Notes under the pieces: generated by a model
The model's input: the letters and a program-made list of their open reading frames with translations, nothing else
What the model was told of the DNA's origin: nothing
Databases searched by the model: none
Position numbers and translations under genes: made by a program
Source of the DNA: the human T2T-CHM13v2.0 reference genome, Homo sapiens
Direction: 5' to 3' (one strand)
NCBI RefSeq assembly: GCF_009914755.1
Contig: NC_060930.1
DNA: 64,000 nt
In this document: in pieces, positions 58,811-64,000 of the stretch
Position numbering within the stretch: position 1 is the stretch's first letter
Layout: each line of letters starts with the position of its first letter

Positions 58811-59006
58811 CTGCAGTGTCCAATATGGTAGCCTCTAGACACGTGACTATTTACGTTAATCAAAAGTAAGTAAATAAAATGAAAAAGTCAGTCTCTCAAG
58901 TTGCATTTGCTACATTTCAAGTGCTCAGTGGCTTAGTGGCCACCAAGTGAATACTGCAGACAGAGAACATCTCTATCACTGCACAAAGTTCTAGAGGACA
59001 GGCTGC
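58811..59006. mobile_element. MER3-like hAT MITE
   Basis: tgtccaatatggtagcctctagacacgtgactattt..tacatttcaagtgctca..gcacaaagttcta..ggacag. Confidence 0.7.
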
Positions 59007-59300
59007 TCAAAAGGTAACTGAGTGTGACCAACACATTTCTCCACCATCTACTGGGTCAAGTAAGTGATAGTGGGCCTTCAGTAAGTGTTCTGAATTGAAC
59101 TCAAATATGGTGCATAAGAACTATTCTGATGCTGGCTAAAATAAATCAACTGAGAAATCTATATCACTGTTCAACCAAGATGCTTGGCTGGCATCTAAGA
59201 TTTTGAATATACCTGTGAACATTAAGCTCCTAACATCAGAAGGCTTACTAATTAGATGAAGAATATACATGTATCAATAAACATTCAAAAATATCTTCCT

Positions 59301-59622
59301 GGCCGTGTGCAGTGGCTCACACCTATAATCTTAGCACTTTGGGAAGCCCAGGCAGGCAGATTGCCTGAGCTCAGGAGTTCAAGACCAGCTTGGGCAACAT
59401 GGCAAAACCTTGTCTCTACAAAAAATACAAAAAATTTAGCTGGTCAGGGGCATTCCTGTCCAAGAGGTAGTGCTGGGTAGTGCTATATGGGGGGCTGAGG
59501 TGGGAGGATCACTTCAGCCCAGGAGGTCAAGGCTGCAGCGAGGTGAGATCACACCACTACACTCCAGCCTGGGTGACAAAGTGAGACCCTGTCTCAAAAA
59601 AAAAAAAAAAAAAAAAAAAAAA
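59301..59622 (+). mobile_element. Alu (AluJ-like) with a scrambled start of the right arm
   Basis: TSD atcttcct; non-consensus segment at about 59443-59490. Confidence 0.92.
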
Positions 59623-59724
59623 GATCTTCCTCCCATACTTGATTTCTAGCCATCTGGTTTCCCACCTCAGGAGCAACCAAGGTTTCTAGTTGCTCTCATA
59701 ACCTTTTTGAAGTATTTTATGCAT

Positions 59725-60168
59725 TGTGGTAGGCAGAATAATGGCCCCCAAAGATGTTCACATCCTGATTCCCAAAATGTGTGAATATGGCACCTTACAT
59801 GGCAAAAGGACTTTGCTGGTGTGATTAAGTTAAGGATCCTGAGATGCAGAGATTATCCTGGATTATCCAAGTGGGCCCAGTGTAATCTCAGGGTCCTTAT
59901 AAGGGGAAGGCAGGAGGGTTAGAGGTCAAAGATTAACAGAAGCAGAGGTTGGAGTGATGTAGCCACAAGTCAAGGGAGGTACAGCCTCTAGAAGCTGGAG
60001 AAGGCAAGGAAACAGATCCTCCCGTATAGCCTGCTTCCAGGAGGAATGCAGCCCTGCCCATACATTTGGACTTCTGACCAAAATCTTATTATTATAAGAT
60101 AATAAATTTGTGCTGTCTTAAGCCACCACATTCATAGTAATTTGTTACTGCAATAGGAAACTAATGCA
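59725..60168 (+). mobile_element. MLT1D-like solo LTR (ERVL-MaLR)
   Basis: TGtggtaggcagaataatggcccccaaagatg...ggaaactaatgCA; internal AATAAA; 5-bp TSD TGCAT on both sides. Confidence 0.9.
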
Positions 60169-60974
60169 TGCATATATAAGCAAATATGTATCAATATTTT
60201 CCTTCAAAACACAGTTACACAGTCCTTCTTAGCAGCAGGTATCATCTGAAGACTGCCTCACCACCACCTCCTCTCAGTCCTGCAAGATACTGAGAAATAC
60301 AAGATGACAGAGTAAAATACCAAGAACTCAAACTCTAGGTAACAATGTCTGGATGATTATTTAAGCAGAAAACAATGAAGACTGTAGAAGGAACTGTCGT
60401 AAGGGTCAAGAGACCTGGGCCCTGCCTATGTGACCTTGAACACATCATTTAATTTCTTAGGGCCTCTGTCCCTTCAAATGTGACATCACAGCAGGATGAG
60501 GGATAAAGGGATGAAGACAGTAAACTAGACAAGTGCAAAGCTTTCCTCTTTCCAGTCTGTGAGTATGCTATTCAATGGCATATGCGTGACCTGAATATAA
60601 TTTTTGCTATATCTCCTCCCACCAAAAAGTAAGTGTGTTAAATAGTATGAAAACAGGAACTGTTTTTTGTGCTTAGGAGAAAATGCCAATAAACTGTAGG
60701 CATGAGGCACGTCAGTACCAACCCAGTACGCTTAAGGGGATAATTATAAATCATTCTTTTTGAGAATGCCCAGAACAGCAGTTTGCAAACTAGTGTCCAA
60801 GAGCCCAGGGCTCCTTGGCTGTGTGGAGCAGCTGCGGGGAAAGAACATTTGTCGGGGAGGTCACTCCCTGCCACCATTTCACCAGCAGAGCAGCTCCTCC
60901 TCTGCCTATTCTGTAAACTGGAGCTTGGCCTGACTGGGTTTCAGTTAAAAAACATTTAACTTCTAGTTTAAGAT

Positions 60975-61482
<508 letters not shown>

Positions 61483-61932
61483 TTATCTAAGACATAATGA
61501 AAATACTAGGTAACTTAAAATTCAAACTGAAATTGTGCCCAGATAGGATGAATATGGAGTCCTACGACTTGCAATAAGGCTTCGTGATGACAGTCATGTG
61601 AAAACAATGCCTAAGACTGGATCTCCAGGAAAAACAGACTGTGAGGTCACCACATATTTAGGAAATTTCAGCTCCTCTTCACTTTTGAGCCTGACAATAG
61701 TGAGCACATTAAAGGCAGGAAACCAAAACATTTACTGAGTGCTGCACTGGGAGAAGGCAAAGGTAGGGTTGTTGTTCATAAAGAAGGTAGAAGGACAATG
61801 CTATTAACAGATTGACAGAGAGTGCTCATTACTGTGGATATTAACTCGGTGGCTTCTCCATTTTTACTGGGGCATGCAGGGCTAACAAGCAGAATTTAGA
61901 CTCTATCAGTAATACTCATTAATCCAGATTCT

Positions 61933-62062
61933 TTTTTTTTTTTCCTTGAGATGGGATTGCCCTATGTTGCCCAGGCTGGTCTTGAACTCCTGGGCCCAAG
62001 CGATCCTCCCACCTCAAACTTTTAAGTAGCTGGGATCACAGGCATGAGCCACCACGCCCAGC
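61933..62062 (-). mobile_element. FLAM-type Alu monomer
   Basis: Poly-T plus a single antisense left arm. Confidence 0.85.
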
Positions 62063-62082
62063 TCAGATATTAAGATAGTTTA

Positions 62083-62443
<361 letters not shown>

Positions 62444-62586
62444 CTAATGAAGTAAAATGGTTCAGAGGGTAAGATAATGGGTAAGTAAAGAGAGAAGGGG
62501 CCTAGAAGGTAGGCCACAAGATAAATTCCAGACACTAAATATATATACTAGATTTTCAAAAGCTGTCTATTTTAATATCTATTAAA

Positions 62587-63380
<794 letters not shown>

Positions 63381-64000
63381 CAAAGTTCAAGTATTTTAAA
63401 AGAGTTGGCTCTGTTGTTTCACAGCTTTTCACGATCAAAAAACAACTGTAGCTTTTCTAACAGTTACCTGCTAATGAGAATCATGAAGCGCTCAGCCAAA
63501 GCTTGGAAGAATTTAAATGTCCTCCTCCAATTTAACAAATCTCTACCAACCACACAACACATAAGTAAGATCTGCTGTGTCATTCCTTCTAATTTCCCAG
63601 GATAAAAAGGCAATGACCTCTCACATCCACACAGAAGCAAGGACACGACAAGAGAGCTGGCCTCATCAAGGCATCCAGTGCCACATACCAACTTCACAGT
63701 CCCAGAACCCCTCATTGCCAGAAATGACTCCCAAGCCCAAACAGCTTGTGCAGGAGAGGAGAATCAAAGCACAAGGCACATTTGCTCACTCAACCTCCTT
63801 GGAGAATACTTCAAGGACATCTTTTTTTGTTGTTGTTTATCATGTCCTATTTTAGCCATTACCAGTTATCTGCCAAATGTAATAGGTAGATATATACAAG
63901 TCACCTCTCATCTCTGTTGGGTAAACAGTAATTTCCAGGCAGAGAGAGAGTCACAATATTTTGAATACAAAAGAGCAGTGGTAAGCATGTGGACAGCCTG

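Noticed and set aside
63464-63575. Cryptic minus-strand RTN4IP1 exon ending CAG|gtaact
   Set aside because: The putative acceptor lacks a pyrimidine tract and the peptide does not resemble an MDR segment

Overview
Human (or very close primate) genomic DNA that I recognise as the CRYBG1 (AIM1, absent in melanoma 1) / RTN4IP1 locus. On the + strand I traced 19 coding exons of CRYBG1 from 1620 to the TGA at 50711-50713. All have GT-AG boundaries with consistent phases and join into one open frame of 4474 nt (about 1490 aa; the 5' exons lie upstream of the window). They comprise a 2323-nt exon for a largely low-complexity region, 12 Greek-key exons forming six beta/gamma-crystallin domains, three short linker exons and three ricin-B-lectin exons. 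A 3' UTR follows, with AATAAA at 52573. On the - strand, tail to tail, lies the last coding exon of RTN4IP1 (54250->54143), and its last intron fills the rest of the window. The introns are dense in Alu, L1, L2, MIR, MLT1 and hAT MER repeats. Nearly all short ORFs in the track are repeat-derived or antisense noise. I find no support for a new multi-gene system. The best leads are RNA-processing and structural. (1) Inverted Alus tightly bracket the giant exon, making it a circRNA candidate, and there are intronic poly(A) signals behind it; both routes would give crystallin-less products. (2) A recent Alu-Alu tandem duplication of about 365 bp created a chimeric Alu. (3) An inverted-Alu duplex would form only if CRYBG1 uses a distal poly(A) site towards RTN4IP1. 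(4) An AATAAA overlaps the RTN4IP1 stop codon. (5) There is a candidate CTCF site in the last CRYBG1 intron. (6) Two template-switch hairpins sit inside repeats. Repeat boundaries and subfamily calls are by eye and approximate.
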